Source of the DNA: Gammaproteobacteria bacterium
Lineage (GTDB): Bacteria; Pseudomonadota; Gammaproteobacteria; Xanthomonadales; Marinicellaceae
DNA length: 61,290 nt
Assembly: GCA_030432115.1 (NCBI GenBank)
Contig: JAUIHY010000001.1
Span: 1-61,290 of the forward strand
Direction: 5' to 3'
Positions 38,197 through 49,114 of this stretch are shown here, piece by piece; the first letter of the stretch is position 1; each line of letters opens with the position of its first letter. The position numbers and the translations under genes are program-made. The notes beneath the pieces were generated by a model that saw only the letters and a list, made by a program, of their open reading frames with translations, was not told where the DNA came from and searched no databases.

Positions 38197-39161
38197 CAGT
38201 CCAACCTCCTGATCCACATCGAAGCCATCAAGGCCAACAAGGCAGCCAGTAATGGCCAATAAAACAGTTCATCGGTGGGTCTGAAAAATTGTTCATCTTC
38301 AGCCAAGGGCTCTAATTCATCCAACATCTGATAAATCTGCTCTAATTCCTTTGAATTCCTGGCTCGAAAATATTGACCTTCGGTGATTTTAGCGATGCGC
38401 TTCAACGTGGCTTCATCCAAGTCCGCTGAGGGGTTAATCAACCTTTGACCAAAGAAGCCATTGCTCACCAATTCATCGGCACCCACGCCGATGGTGTATA
38501 TTTTCAAGCCTTCTTCTCGTGCCAATTCTGCGGCTTTTAAGGGCTCAATTGCCCCGGCGGTGTTTTGCCCATCAGTCAAGACGATCAAAATGCGGTTGTT
38601 GTTTTCCACCTCTCTGGCTTTTTTTACCGCCAAGCCTATTGAATCACCAATGGCTGTGGACTTACCCGCCAAACCAATGGCCGCCTCATACAACAAAGTT
38701 TGTACAGTTTTCCTGTCAAAAGTCAGCGGGGTTTGTAAATAGGCGTTTTCACCAAACAGAATCAATCCAATACGATCACCGGTGCGGCGTTCAATGAATT
38801 CGCCAGCCACTTTTTTTACTGCGGTCAAACGATCAACAGGCTGGCCACCAATCTGCATGTCTTTTTGTTCCATTGAGCCTGATATATCGATGGCCAACAT
38901 CAAATCACGTCCTTCGATTGGCAAAGGAATCGGCTCACCCACCCACTGGGGGCGACTGACTGCCAACAACAAAAACAGCCACAACAACAAATTCAACCAG
39001 CGCCAAGGGTGCTTGTTTTTTTGTTGCTCGCTGGTGAACATGTTTTTCAAAAAAGGCACATCTAAGGTGGTGATGCTGGCTTGCTTTACCCTAGGCAACA
39101 GTCGAATCAAAAACGGCAATGGCAACAAAAATAACAACAAAGGCCAAGCAAAACTATACAT
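38196..39161 (-). CDS. vWA domain protein (BatA-like)
   Basis: RPQW, DISGSM, PLTFD, TAIGD, LTDG. Confidence 0.9.
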   Translation of the reverse strand: MYSFAWPLLLFLLPLPFLIRLLPRVKQASITTLDVPFLKNMFTSEQQKNKHPWRWLNLLLWLFLLLAVSRPQWVGEPIPLPIEGRDLMLAIDISGSMEQKDMQIGGQPVDRLTAVKKVAGEFIERRTGDRIGLILFGENAYLQTPLTFDRKTVQTLLYEAAIGLAGKSTAIGDSIGLAVKKAREVENNNRILIVLTDGQNTAGAIEPLKAAELAREEGLKIYTIGVGADELVSNGFFGQRLINPSADLDEATLKRIAKITEGQYFRARNSKELEQIYQMLDELEPLAEDEQFFRPTDELFYWPLLAALLALMASMWIRRLD

Positions 39162-39714
39162 TTTTGGCCTCCTGAAAATTTATTTTGGCCAATTGCTTTG
39201 GTGTCATCATCACCACTTTTTTGATGTGCTGTCCAAGCAGATCTATCAATGCCTTGCTGTCAAATTCCACCTCAGGCAAATAAACCCCTTGGGTCAGCAA
39301 TGCCTGATAAGGTGCGAATGGTTGGTCTTTGTGGTAACGGTTCAAATGCGTTATCCACTCAGCACCGCTGGTCGTCACGGCCTGGTCTTGGTGTTGCTGA
39401 AATTTTTCAAATCGGCGCAATAACATGGATAAGTCTGACAACAATTGACGCTGGTCTTGGTGTGACTGATAAGCAAAATCAATCGCCCCCAATTGTTTTT
39501 CAATGGCCAGCAAGCGTTGTTGCCTCTTGCGCCTTTGCAACCAGCGGTATGTCAAATAAACAAACAGCAGTAACAACGCGCCAGCCAGCAGCCACCAACC
39601 AGGTGCCAATGGCCAAAACCCGGGTTCTGCCGGCAAATGTAACCCCCTCAGTGGCAATTCTTGTGCACCCTGAGTCATCGGTCCTTGGTTTATGGGTACG
39701 GTCTGTTGCATCAT
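39154..39714 (-). CDS. DUF4381 family protein
   Basis: LRGLHLP...WPLAPGWW. Confidence 0.85.
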   Translation of the reverse strand: MMQQTVPINQGPMTQGAQELPLRGLHLPAEPGFWPLAPGWWLLAGALLLLFVYLTYRWLQRRKRQQRLLAIEKQLGAIDFAYQSHQDQRQLLSDLSMLLRRFEKFQQHQDQAVTTSGAEWITHLNRYHKDQPFAPYQALLTQGVYLPEVEFDSKALIDLLGQHIKKVVMMTPKQLAKINFQEAKNV

Positions 39715-40685
39715 GCTTTGGCTCCCAACCAGTGGTTGAATGCCAGGGCTGGATTGTTCAATCCATTGCGCATTTTATTCACCCATTGGTCATTGGTTTG
39801 AACCGGTATGATGGGAACACCAGCTTTTATGACCTCATTCTTTAACCTGCTGATGTGGTTTTGTTGTTGTTCAGACAGCAAGGTTAAGGTGCTGTCTTTG
39901 CGGGTGTCCATCACCCGCACCTGACGCTGGCCTTGGGATTGTGTCCGAATACCATACCTCGCTGCCAACGGGGCCTCCACTTCAAATGGGTCGGCCACCT
40001 TGATGGCCAACACATCATTGTGTTTACGCAATTGCAACAATTGTCGTTTGGCCTCTGGTCCCATATTCAAAAAGTCACTGACCACAAAGACCAAACTGCC
40101 TGGACGAATCACAGTACGCAACTGCTTTAATGCTTGGTCCAAATGTGACTGTTGTTCTTGTTCATGTCGCACCGATGTTTTCAACACATGAGACATCATG
40201 GCCATCATGCCACGCTTTCCAGGTGTGGCTTTGACTACATGTGTGCCGTGAACACCGTAGGTCAAAACACCAATGCGATCGCCATTTTGAATCGAAGACC
40301 AGCCCAAAAAAGCCGCAATTTCACTGGCCAAAACCATTTTGAACTTGTTCTGGGTGCCAAAAAACATCGAAGCATTGCTGTCTAAAATCACATAAGTTGG
40401 TCGCTCGCGTTCTTCTTGAAACAACTTGGTGTGTGCCTCCCCGGTACGGGCCGTCACGCGCCAGTCCATATTTCTGATGTCATCGCCAGCTTGGTAAATA
40501 CGCGACTCCAAATAATCCATACCTCGCCCACGAAAACGTGAATCATGCAAACCTGAGATGGCAGATGAGGCTTTCTTCATTCTGGCCATACCCAGTTGTC
40601 GCGCATGGTGACGGGTGTTGACCATGGTTTTGGCCATCACATCAATGGCTGGGTTTTGTTTGCTTGCTACGCTCATTGCACTCAA
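39711..40685 (-). CDS. DUF58 family protein
   Basis: GRGMDY, YQAGDDIRNMDWRVTAR, EERER, SDF. Confidence 0.9.
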   Translation of the reverse strand: MSAMSVASKQNPAIDVMAKTMVNTRHHARQLGMARMKKASSAISGLHDSRFRGRGMDYLESRIYQAGDDIRNMDWRVTARTGEAHTKLFQEERERPTYVILDSNASMFFGTQNKFKMVLASEIAAFLGWSSIQNGDRIGVLTYGVHGTHVVKATPGKRGMMAMMSHVLKTSVRHEQEQQSHLDQALKQLRTVIRPGSLVFVVSDFLNMGPEAKRQLLQLRKHNDVLAIKVADPFEVEAPLAARYGIRTQSQGQRQVRVMDTRKDSTLTLLSEQQQNHISRLKNEVIKAGVPIIPVQTNDQWVNKMRNGLNNPALAFNHWLGAKA

Positions 40686-41665
40686 GGCAAAGGCACAATC
40701 GCCAACAACTGATCGATCACTTCATCGGCCGTGTGGCCTTCTGCTTCGGCTTCAAAAGACAAAATAATGCGGTGACGCAAGACATCATGAATCACAGCAT
40801 GGATGTCTTCGGGAAGCATGTGATCGCGCCCTTGTAAAAAGGCATGCGCACGGGCGCAACGATCCAGTGCAATGGTGGCACGGGGCGAACCACCAAAATC
40901 AATTTGTTCTGCCAATTGGGCATCGTATTTGGCTGGGTTTCGTGTGGCCAGTATCAACTCAACCAAATATTTTTCCAGATTTTCTGCCACAAACAAGTTC
41001 AAAATGTGTTTTTGAGCGGCAAAAATTTGTTCTTGAGTCAACAGTTCTTCATGTTTCACCTTGTGGTCCATTTCTGCCAAATCTTTTTTCTGTGCCAGTT
41101 TTAAAATGTCCAGTTCAGTGTCGGCTTCTGGGTAATCGATGGTCACATGCATCAAAAAACGGTCCAATTGCGCTTCAGGCAAAGGGTAAGTGCCTTCTTG
41201 TTCAATCGGGTTTTGGGTCGCCATCACCAAAAACAGTTCTGGTAAGTTGTATGTGGTTTTGCCCACGGTGATTTGTTGTTCACCCATGGCTTCTAACAAA
41301 GCCGACTGCACCTTGGCAGGGGCACGGTTGACCTCATCAGCCAACACCAAGTTATGAAACAAAGGACCTTTTTGAAACTCAAAAGTGGCCGATTGGGCAT
41401 GATATACATCGGTGCCTGTCAAATCGGCTGGCAACAAATCAGGGGTGAATTGGATGCGGTGAAAATTGCCTTCTATGCATTCTGACAGCACTTTAATCGC
41501 TGTGGTTTTGGCCAAGCCGGGCGCACCTTCAACCAATAAATGACCATGTGATAACAAGGCCATCAACAAGCGATCAACCAGCTTTTGTTGACCAAGTATT
41601 TGTGTGCCTATGGCTTGTCTGATGTTTTGAAAGGCTTGTGTTAATTGTTCTGTGCTTTGTTCCAT
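40682..41665 (-). CDS. moxR: MoxR family AAA+ ATPase
   Basis: EGAPGLAKT, RIQFTPDLLPAD, DEVNRAPAKVQSALLE, ATQNPIEQEGTYPLPEAQLDRF. Confidence 0.93.
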   Translation of the reverse strand: MEQSTEQLTQAFQNIRQAIGTQILGQQKLVDRLLMALLSHGHLLVEGAPGLAKTTAIKVLSECIEGNFHRIQFTPDLLPADLTGTDVYHAQSATFEFQKGPLFHNLVLADEVNRAPAKVQSALLEAMGEQQITVGKTTYNLPELFLVMATQNPIEQEGTYPLPEAQLDRFLMHVTIDYPEADTELDILKLAQKKDLAEMDHKVKHEELLTQEQIFAAQKHILNLFVAENLEKYLVELILATRNPAKYDAQLAEQIDFGGSPRATIALDRCARAHAFLQGRDHMLPEDIHAVIHDVLRHRIILSFEAEAEGHTADEVIDQLLAIVPLP

Positions 41666-41877
41666 AATTCACCTGATGTTGGGTATCGGCTTTGACTGAG
41701 TGTGCTTATCATAGTTCCACGAAAAAAAATTTCAAGGCCACCAAAGATAAAGGCAATCAAGCATGAAAGCCAAGCATTATAAACCCTGACAATATTTTCG
41801 GATGTGTCAAAAGTCGTGATTCTGCCACCGTGTGTAACATTTGGCCTATAATGTGCCTTTTCCCATCGCCTGTTGTT

Positions 41878-42573
41878 ATGAAACCCGCTTTGCTGCTGCG
41901 TAAAATTCACAAATGGATTGGCCTGATTATTGGCATCCAAATCTTGCTTTGGTTTGTCAGTGGCTTGGTGATGAGCTGGTTTGACATAGACACCGTGCGT
42001 GGCGACCATTTATTGAAAACAACGGAAAAAGTGGGCACCTTAGACTTGCCACAAAGCCTATTGGCATTTCAAAGCCAAGGCCACCCAGTGGTCGCTGCAG
42101 AGCTGGTTTATTTGATGTCTGACATTTTTGTCTTGGTGGACACGGGTCATGGACAAGCATTGTTTGACCCTCGCACAAAAAAAATCATTTCACCACTGAC
42201 AAAAGCCCATGTGAATGCCATCATTGAATCGCAATTGGCACAGGCCACACCGATCATTGAGACCCTGTTGTTAGATGAAGTGCCTGCAGAAGTGCGTGGC
42301 AGACCGGCACCCATTTGGCAGGTTCAATTGGCCGACGATGACAACAGCCGCATCTACCTGTCACCGGTCAGTGGCCAGGTATTGGCCAAACGCACCGACA
42401 CTTGGCGTTTGTTCGATTTTTTTTGGATGCTACACATCATGGACTATGATGAGCGCAGTGATTTCAACCACCCATTGCTCATCATATCCACATTATTGGC
42501 CCTCTTTGTCGCCGTCTCTGGAATCTGGCTGCTGTTTTATACCATCAAGCTGAAAAGAAAGAAAACGCTGTAA
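41878..42573 (+). CDS. PepSY-domain / PepSY-TM membrane protein
   Basis: RKIHKWIGLIIG, WRLFDFFWMLHIMDY; TATAAT at 41847-41852. Confidence 0.8.
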   Translation: MKPALLLRKIHKWIGLIIGIQILLWFVSGLVMSWFDIDTVRGDHLLKTTEKVGTLDLPQSLLAFQSQGHPVVAAELVYLMSDIFVLVDTGHGQALFDPRTKKIISPLTKAHVNAIIESQLAQATPIIETLLLDEVPAEVRGRPAPIWQVQLADDDNSRIYLSPVSGQVLAKRTDTWRLFDFFWMLHIMDYDERSDFNHPLLIISTLLALFVAVSGIWLLFYTIKLKRKKTL

Positions 42574-44406
42574 TTATTCGGCGCTTTCTTTGGGTGCTTC
42601 TGACACCCTTATCAGCGACATCACCTTCCAGTCGCTTTTTAAGTCTTCTAAACTGTGCATGCCAGTGATCACCTTGAGGCGCTTGCCTGCCGGGCTGATG
42701 GCGAACAATGGAATGGCATTTTTTCCATGTTTGGCCAAATATTCATCAATGCCAAAACTGTCCGTCATCAAAGTGGTTTTGATATGTGCGCCTTGGGCAA
42801 TCAGGCTCGCCAACTTGGCATAGGTTTCATCTTTACCAAACAACATTCTGGCCTTGCCTTGTTTCGAGACGCTGTGTTTTTCACCATTTTTACTTTTTTC
42901 CTCAATTGGCAAGACAAAGGTGTTGGCCACGCCAAACTCCGTCTTGTATCGACTGGCTGCCAACACATTCAAATCATTGTTCATAGACAATCCCAGCATT
43001 TTACCGACACCAATAAAGTCCAAATGGTGATCGGCATGCTCAGAGACTGGGTTACCATAATAAGTTTTGATGCCTTTCATTCTGGCTTCTTGGATGAACC
43101 GCCAATGTGAATCACTCACCATAGGTTCGAAGCCTTGTTGCTGTAAGGCCTCGGCCACTTTAACAGCGACCACATTGCTGCCAATGATGAACACCCCTTT
43201 GCTTTCAGGGTTAGCGACACCCAGTTTTCTGGAAACCCAAGGTGCTGTTGCTGATTGAAAAACCACCGTTCCAATGATGACCATGAATGTCAATGACACC
43301 ATCAAAGACGCGCCTTCAATGCCCTCTTGTTCTAACCTCAAAGCAAACAAGGCTGAAACCGCAGCGGCAACAATCCCTCTGGGCGCAATCCATGAAAGCG
43401 TGACTTTTTCTTGCCAAGTCAGCTCAGAACCCATGGTTGATACCCACACTTTAAGCGGCCTGGCGACAAATTGAACCACCAAGAACAATAAAATGGCTGA
43501 CCAGCCAAGGTCAAGTAACTGCGTCACATCCAAACGTGCAGCCAACAAGATAAACAAGCCAGAAATCAACAAGATGGTCAAACTTTCTTTGAAATGAAGA
43601 ATGTCATGAATCGGCGTGTTTTTGCTGTTGGCCAGCCACATGCCCATCACAGTGACCGCCAACAAGCCCGATTCATGCGCCAAAGTGTGCGAGGCAGCAA
43701 ATGTGATGAACACCAAGGTCAAGACAAACACATTGTGCAGATAATCAGGCAGCCAATGCCTTCTCAAAATCAGCCCCAATAAACTGCCGGATACCGCACC
43801 AATGACGGCACCCACAGCCATGATCCAGAAGAAACTCTTGATGACGACCAACCAACCTGCATCCCCTTGCTGTGAAGCCATGATGAAATTGAACACCAAT
43901 ACTGCCAATAAAGCACCAAATGGATCAATAACAATGCCTTCCCAACGCAACACATTAGATAATTTTTTATTCAGGTTCAAAATCCTAAGCATCGGCACAA
44001 TCACGGTTGGCCCCGTGACCACCACCAAAGAGCCAAATAAAAACGACATTGGCCATGACAAATCAATAACAAAATGAGTCGCCACAGCAATGGTCACCCA
44101 GGTCACCAACATACCGCCGGTGACCATTCGTCTGACCACAGATTCTAGACCTTTGACCTCTTTGAATTTCAGTGTCAATGCGCCTTCAAATAGAATCACA
44201 GACACTGCCAAAGAGACGATCGGAAACAGCAGATCACCGAATAATGCATCGGGATTGACCCAACCCAACACCGGCTTACCCAGCACCAATCCCAATAGCA
44301 ATAAAAGCAGTATTGAAGGTAACTTCAACCACCACGACAACCACTGTGCCATGGAACCCAATATGCCGATCAAGGCCAGCACCAACATCAGATTTTGCGA
44401 AATCAT
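42574..44406 (-). CDS. CPA1 (NhaP-type) cation:proton antiporter with C-terminal RCK-like domain
   Basis: ILFEG, VTGPTV, WEGIVIDP, APRGIVAAA; many TM helices. Confidence 0.9.
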   Translation of the reverse strand: MISQNLMLVLALIGILGSMAQWLSWWLKLPSILLLLLLGLVLGKPVLGWVNPDALFGDLLFPIVSLAVSVILFEGALTLKFKEVKGLESVVRRMVTGGMLVTWVTIAVATHFVIDLSWPMSFLFGSLVVVTGPTVIVPMLRILNLNKKLSNVLRWEGIVIDPFGALLAVLVFNFIMASQQGDAGWLVVIKSFFWIMAVGAVIGAVSGSLLGLILRRHWLPDYLHNVFVLTLVFITFAASHTLAHESGLLAVTVMGMWLANSKNTPIHDILHFKESLTILLISGLFILLAARLDVTQLLDLGWSAILLFLVVQFVARPLKVWVSTMGSELTWQEKVTLSWIAPRGIVAAAVSALFALRLEQEGIEGASLMVSLTFMVIIGTVVFQSATAPWVSRKLGVANPESKGVFIIGSNVVAVKVAEALQQQGFEPMVSDSHWRFIQEARMKGIKTYYGNPVSEHADHHLDFIGVGKMLGLSMNNDLNVLAASRYKTEFGVANTFVLPIEEKSKNGEKHSVSKQGKARMLFGKDETYAKLASLIAQGAHIKTTLMTDSFGIDEYLAKHGKNAIPLFAISPAGKRLKVITGMHSLEDLKSDWKVMSLIRVSEAPKESAE

Positions 44407-45201
44407 TTATTCAGCCAAATCCTTTTGAGCCGCCTTCATCTTCGATAATTTTTTCGAATATCTAGATTGAACAAACTCGGTAATAACCAAAATAACAATA
44501 ACAAAATAAAACGTTGCTTTACTCATCTGAGTGATTTCATGGCCGAAGAATTTCAAATGCGCAATGTGACCACCTTCAGATAACAACATGATGCCGACTA
44601 TGAACAGAATAAATAACCCCAAGACCTCATACATGCGGTTTTTCTGCAAAAAGGCCGCAATACTGTCAGCCAACCAAACCATCAGAATGGCACCAATCAA
44701 AATGGCCGCTGCCATCACATAAAAATTGTCGGTCAATGCCATGGCAGACAAGATGGAATCAAAAGAAAACACCACATTCATGGTCACAATCAGCACCAAA
44801 GCCGTTGTAAAGCTTGATTTCTTTTCTTTCTGCTCAGCCATGGCATCTTCTAATGACAACATGTGCCAGATTTCCTTCATCGCCGTGTAAATAATAAACA
44901 CACCACCCAAAAGCACAACCACAGCCCGCAGGTTAAACGAACCCTCAACCACGCCTTCCCAAGCCAATGTGAATAATGGTTCGGTGAAATACGACAGCAG
45001 TTTCAATAAGGCGAACAACAGCACCAAACGGAACAATACCGCCAACCAAATGCCTGTTTTGCGCAATTTAGACTGCTGCGATTTTTCTACACGTTGTGAC
45101 TCAATGATGATATACAGCAGGTTATCAAAACCCAAAACCGCCTGTAACATCACCAACATACCCAAAGTGAATAAATTCTCTAAAGTAAATAAACCTTCCA
45201 T
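44407..45201 (-). CDS. TerC family membrane protein
   Basis: VLGFDNL, FSFDS; start ATG 45201. Confidence 0.88.
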   Translation of the reverse strand: MEGLFTLENLFTLGMLVMLQAVLGFDNLLYIIIESQRVEKSQQSKLRKTGIWLAVLFRLVLLFALLKLLSYFTEPLFTLAWEGVVEGSFNLRAVVVLLGGVFIIYTAMKEIWHMLSLEDAMAEQKEKKSSFTTALVLIVTMNVVFSFDSILSAMALTDNFYVMAAAILIGAILMVWLADSIAAFLQKNRMYEVLGLFILFIVGIMLLSEGGHIAHLKFFGHEITQMSKATFYFVIVILVITEFVQSRYSKKLSKMKAAQKDLAE

Positions 45202-45404
45202 AATCAACTCAAGCAAAAAACAATCATTCTCAACAATGGCACAGTTTTTTGCAAGCCACAATTATTCAAAGCCATGATTATGAGGTTGTTACTGGGCACT
45301 TGAAGCATCCTTTTTACATTTTTGGCTTAAATATAAACGCGCTTTATTTGACTACTGACGCTTAAATCAGCATACTTTCACTTTTGTTTTTTTAAAACCA
45401 CCAC

Positions 45405-46367
45405 ATGAAATCATCCCCGATTCGTCACGACTGGAAAATTGAAGAAGTCGAGAAATTATTTGCCTTGCCTTTCAATGACTTGCTATTTAAGGCACATTGT
45501 ATTCACCGTGAAAACTTTGACCCCAACCAAGTTCAAATCAGCACTTTGTTAAGCATCAAAACAGGTGCTTGTCCTGAAGATTGCAGCTATTGTCCACAAT
45601 CTGTTCGCTATGATACCGGTGTAGAAAAAGAGCCTTTGATGGCCGTTGATACCGTGATTGAGCAGGCCAGTCAGGCCAAAGAGCAAGGTGCCACTCGTTT
45701 TTGTATGGGTGCCGCTTGGCGCAGCCCCAAGGACAAAGACTTGGATCAAGTAATCAAGATGGTCCAAGGCGTCAAAGCTTTGGGTATGGAAACCTGTTTG
45801 ACTTTGGGCATGCTGAAAAAAGAGCAGTCGGAAAAACTGTCAGCAGCGGGTTTGGATTATTACAACCACAACATCGACTCTTCAGAAGAGTTTTATGACA
45901 AAATCATCACCACCAGAAAATTCGATCAACGCATAGACACTTTGAAAAACGTACAAGACGCGGGCATCAACGTTTGTTCAGGCGGCATTGTCGGCATGGG
46001 CGAGTCTCAGCGTGATCGCGGTGGCATGTTGATGGCTTTGGCCAACCTGGAAAAACACCCAGGCTCAGTGCCCATCAATTCACTGGTACAAGTCAAAGGG
46101 ACACCTTTGCATGGCATTGAAAAAATTGATGCTTTGGATTTTGTCCGCACCATAGCCGTGGCACGCATCATGATGCCTGAGTCCATGGTTCGTTTATCAG
46201 CCGGGCGCAATGAAATGTCCGAAGCGGTGCAAGCGATGTGCTTCTTTGCTGGTGCCAATTCTATTTTTTATGGCGAAAAATTGCTCACCACCGCCAACCC
46301 AGAAGAAAACAAAGACATGGCCTTGTTCAATAAACTGGGCATCGAACCCATGCCAGCCAAACACTGA
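45405..46367 (+). CDS. bioB: Biotin synthase
   Basis: [11 protein letters not shown] radical-SAM motif, YNHNID, SVPIN, RLSAGR. Confidence 0.97.
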   Translation: MKSSPIRHDWKIEEVEKLFALPFNDLLFKAHCIHRENFDPNQVQISTLLSIKTGACPEDCSYCPQSVRYDTGVEKEPLMAVDTVIEQASQAKEQGATRFCMGAAWRSPKDKDLDQVIKMVQGVKALGMETCLTLGMLKKEQSEKLSAAGLDYYNHNIDSSEEFYDKIITTRKFDQRIDTLKNVQDAGINVCSGGIVGMGESQRDRGGMLMALANLEKHPGSVPINSLVQVKGTPLHGIEKIDALDFVRTIAVARIMMPESMVRLSAGRNEMSEAVQAMCFFAGANSIFYGEKLLTTANPEENKDMALFNKLGIEPMPAKH

Positions 46368-46390
46368 ACGGATTAGACTCGGACTCACAC

Positions 46391-47542
46391 ATGAATTATG
46401 GCCAACAAATAACCCAGCTCAAGGAACAGCAGTTGTATCGCGAACGCGTGGTACGTACTTCAAAAGTTGGTCGATATGTGTCCATCAACGGTAAACAACT
46501 GCTCAACTTTAATTGCAATGATTACTTGGATTTATCCGCTCACCCAGCACTGATCATAGCCGCCACCAATGCGTCTCAAAAATTGGGCTTGGGTTCAACG
46601 GGTTCGCCTTTGATGTCTGGTTACACATCCTTGCATCAGGAGCTGGAGTTTGCCATGGCATCATTTTTGGGCTATGACCGTGGCTTGCTTTTTTCCACCG
46701 GTTATATGGCCAACTTGGGTATCGCACAGGCTTTATTGAATGACAATGATGTGTTGATAGAAGACAAATTAAACCATGCCTCCTTGATAGACGGCGCCTT
46801 GCTGGCGCGTGCCCAGTTAAAACGCTATCCACATTTAAACTACGACAAAGCCGAAGAAGCTTTGCAGCTCAATTGGAAAAAAAATGCGGTGTTAGTGACC
46901 GACGGCATTTTCAGCATGGACGGCGATTCGCCGAACCTGCGCCCCCTGTCTGTGATGGCGCAAACCCATGATGCTTTGCTGTGGGTAGATGACGCCCATG
47001 GTGTTGGTGTGTCTGGCGATTCAGGCCGGGGAACCATAGAGTCACAAGGTTTAAATAAAAACAATGTGCCGCTGCTTTCCGGCACCTTTGGCAAAGCTTT
47101 TGGCAGCAGTGGTGCTTATGTGGTTGGTTCTGATGACGTGATCGAAACCATCATACAAAAGGCAAGAACTTACAAGTTCAATACATCCATGCCTGTGGCC
47201 ACTGTAGCGGCGAACCTAAAAGCATTGGAAATCATTCAATCAGAACCTTGGCGCCGTGAAAAAGTGTTGGACTTGATTCATTATTACAAAGAACAGATCA
47301 ATTTATATGGCCTGGAAGATTGTGCCATGGACAGCAACACCGCCATCCAACCATTTGTTCTTGGCAGCGAACAAGAGGCTTTGGAAAAGGCTGCTTACTT
47401 GCTTGACCGCGGCATTTTTGTTTCTGCCATCAGGCCACCCACCGTGGCTAAAAACCAATGTCGCCTGCGATTCACATTAACTGCCGCTTTGGAAAAAGAA
47501 GACATTGACCTGTTGGTACAATGCCTGATTGGTAACTACTGA
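46391..47542 (+). CDS. bioF: 8-amino-7-oxononanoate synthase
   Basis: NDYL, NHASLIDG, FSMDGD, DDAH, GTFGKAFG, AIRPPTV. Confidence 0.95.
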   Translation: MNYGQQITQLKEQQLYRERVVRTSKVGRYVSINGKQLLNFNCNDYLDLSAHPALIIAATNASQKLGLGSTGSPLMSGYTSLHQELEFAMASFLGYDRGLLFSTGYMANLGIAQALLNDNDVLIEDKLNHASLIDGALLARAQLKRYPHLNYDKAEEALQLNWKKNAVLVTDGIFSMDGDSPNLRPLSVMAQTHDALLWVDDAHGVGVSGDSGRGTIESQGLNKNNVPLLSGTFGKAFGSSGAYVVGSDDVIETIIQKARTYKFNTSMPVATVAANLKALEIIQSEPWRREKVLDLIHYYKEQINLYGLEDCAMDSNTAIQPFVLGSEQEALEKAAYLLDRGIFVSAIRPPTVAKNQCRLRFTLTAALEKEDIDLLVQCLIGNY

Positions 47543-47552
47543 ACAAACCCAC

Positions 47553-48302
47553 ATGAAAATTGTTTCCTCTTTGGGGCAGGGCCCTGTCTTGAATGTGTTA
47601 CATGGCTGGGGTATGAATGCCCATTTGTTTGACCAATGGTCAAAACAATTATCACAACATTTTCAAGTCAATTTGATTGACTTACCTGGCCATGGCCTGA
47701 ACCATGAACAGGCTTTCCCAGAAGATTTAACCAGCCTTGTCGCATTGGGTCATGACATCCCCAAAGGCATTTGGTTGGGTTGGTCTATGGGTGGCCTGTT
47801 GGCACTGAACCAAGCTCTTCACCAGCCTGAGCAGGTAACTGCCTTGGTTATGATGTGTGCCACACCATGTTTCACAGCCCGTCACCATTGGCCTCATGGT
47901 ACCGATGTTCAAGTATTGCAACAGTTTGGCAAATCTTTGCAACAGGATGTCAAGAAAACCATACACACCTTTTTGGCCTTGGAGGTGATGGGTTCACCTG
48001 ACGAACGGTCACAACTGCGTGAGTTAAAAAACAAAGTCTTTGAACGACCACTGCCTGATGCCACGGCTTTAGAACATGGTTTGTCCTTGTTGGGCCAAAC
48101 AGACCTCAGTTCTCAATTGAAAAATCTTCAAATGCCCTCATTATGGCTGGCAGGTCGCAGAGACCGACTGGTTTTACCAGCGGCAGTAGAACAAGCTGCC
48201 GACTTGTGTGGCGGTGAATACCACATGGTTCGTGGCGCATCTCATGCACCTTTTATTCACCATGAAGCAGAGATCACAGAAACCTTATTGGATTTTTTAT
48301 GA
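47553..48302 (+). CDS. bioH: Pimeloyl-ACP methyl ester esterase
   Basis: HGWG, DLPGHG, GWSMGG, DRLV, HAPF; position in the bio operon. Confidence 0.92.
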   Translation: MKIVSSLGQGPVLNVLHGWGMNAHLFDQWSKQLSQHFQVNLIDLPGHGLNHEQAFPEDLTSLVALGHDIPKGIWLGWSMGGLLALNQALHQPEQVTALVMMCATPCFTARHHWPHGTDVQVLQQFGKSLQQDVKKTIHTFLALEVMGSPDERSQLRELKNKVFERPLPDATALEHGLSLLGQTDLSSQLKNLQMPSLWLAGRRDRLVLPAAVEQAADLCGGEYHMVRGASHAPFIHHEAEITETLLDFL

Positions 48303-49114
48303 GTTTAGAACACCACCAAATCAAAGCCGCCTTTGACAAAGCCGCGACACAGTATGAACAACATGCGGTGCTCCAGAAAGAAGCCATGTCGCGTTTGGTA
48401 GAACGGGTGCAATTTGACCTCAAAAAACCACCCAATCAAATTTTAGACTTGGGCTGTGGTACCGGTTGGGCCAGCCAATCTTTACTGGACCTTTACCCCC
48501 AAAGCCAAATCATTGCTGCTGATTTTGCAGAATCAATGGTTAACGCCGTACCCAAACACCCCCAAGTGACACCACGAGTAACCGACGCCCACTGTCTGGA
48601 CGTTCACGCCAGCAGCTTGGATTTGGTGTTTTCCAATATGATGATTCAATGGTGCGACACCCAGACCGCTTTGGAAGAAATCAAAAGGGCATTGAAACCC
48701 ACTGGTTTGGTGCATTTGACCAGCATGGGAGAACACACATTGCATGAACTGAAATCTGCATGGGCCAGCATCGATGAGTTGCCCCATGTGAATGATTTTA
48801 TGCCAGCGGCTGAATTGGCCGATTTGACCTTGAGAATGGGATATGAAGATGTGATTGCCGATTCTGAATTTATCACCATGACCTATGCCAATGTGGTGGA
48901 TTTGATGCGTGATTTAAAAAACATCGGCGCCCACAACACCGACCACCAACGCAACAAAGGACTGACTTCACCCAAGGTATTGAAACAATTAGATGCCGCC
49001 TACCAACAATTCAGAACTGTAGATGGTTTGTATCCCGCCACTTATGAGCTAGTGTATCTGCGTGCCAGAAAACCTGAAGCAGACCAAGGGTTGAATTTGA
49101 AAATCAAAACTTAA
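48299..49114 (+). CDS. bioC: Malonyl-ACP O-methyltransferase
   Basis: FDKAA, LDLGCGTG, TLHEL, HVNDF, LKNIGA, PATY. Confidence 0.92.
   Translation: MSLEHHQIKAAFDKAATQYEQHAVLQKEAMSRLVERVQFDLKKPPNQILDLGCGTGWASQSLLDLYPQSQIIAADFAESMVNAVPKHPQVTPRVTDAHCLDVHASSLDLVFSNMMIQWCDTQTALEEIKRALKPTGLVHLTSMGEHTLHELKSAWASIDELPHVNDFMPAAELADLTLRMGYEDVIADSEFITMTYANVVDLMRDLKNIGAHNTDHQRNKGLTSPKVLKQLDAAYQQFRTVDGLYPATYELVYLRARKPEADQGLNLKIKT

Noticed and set aside
41776-41810. Perfect TTGACA and TATAAT on the minus strand upstream of moxR
   Set aside because: Spacer is 23 nt, too long for a single sigma70 promoter.
45262-45404. BirA operator upstream of bioB
   Set aside because: No TGTAAAC...GTTTACA palindrome; only a weak ATAAA/TTTAT pair.
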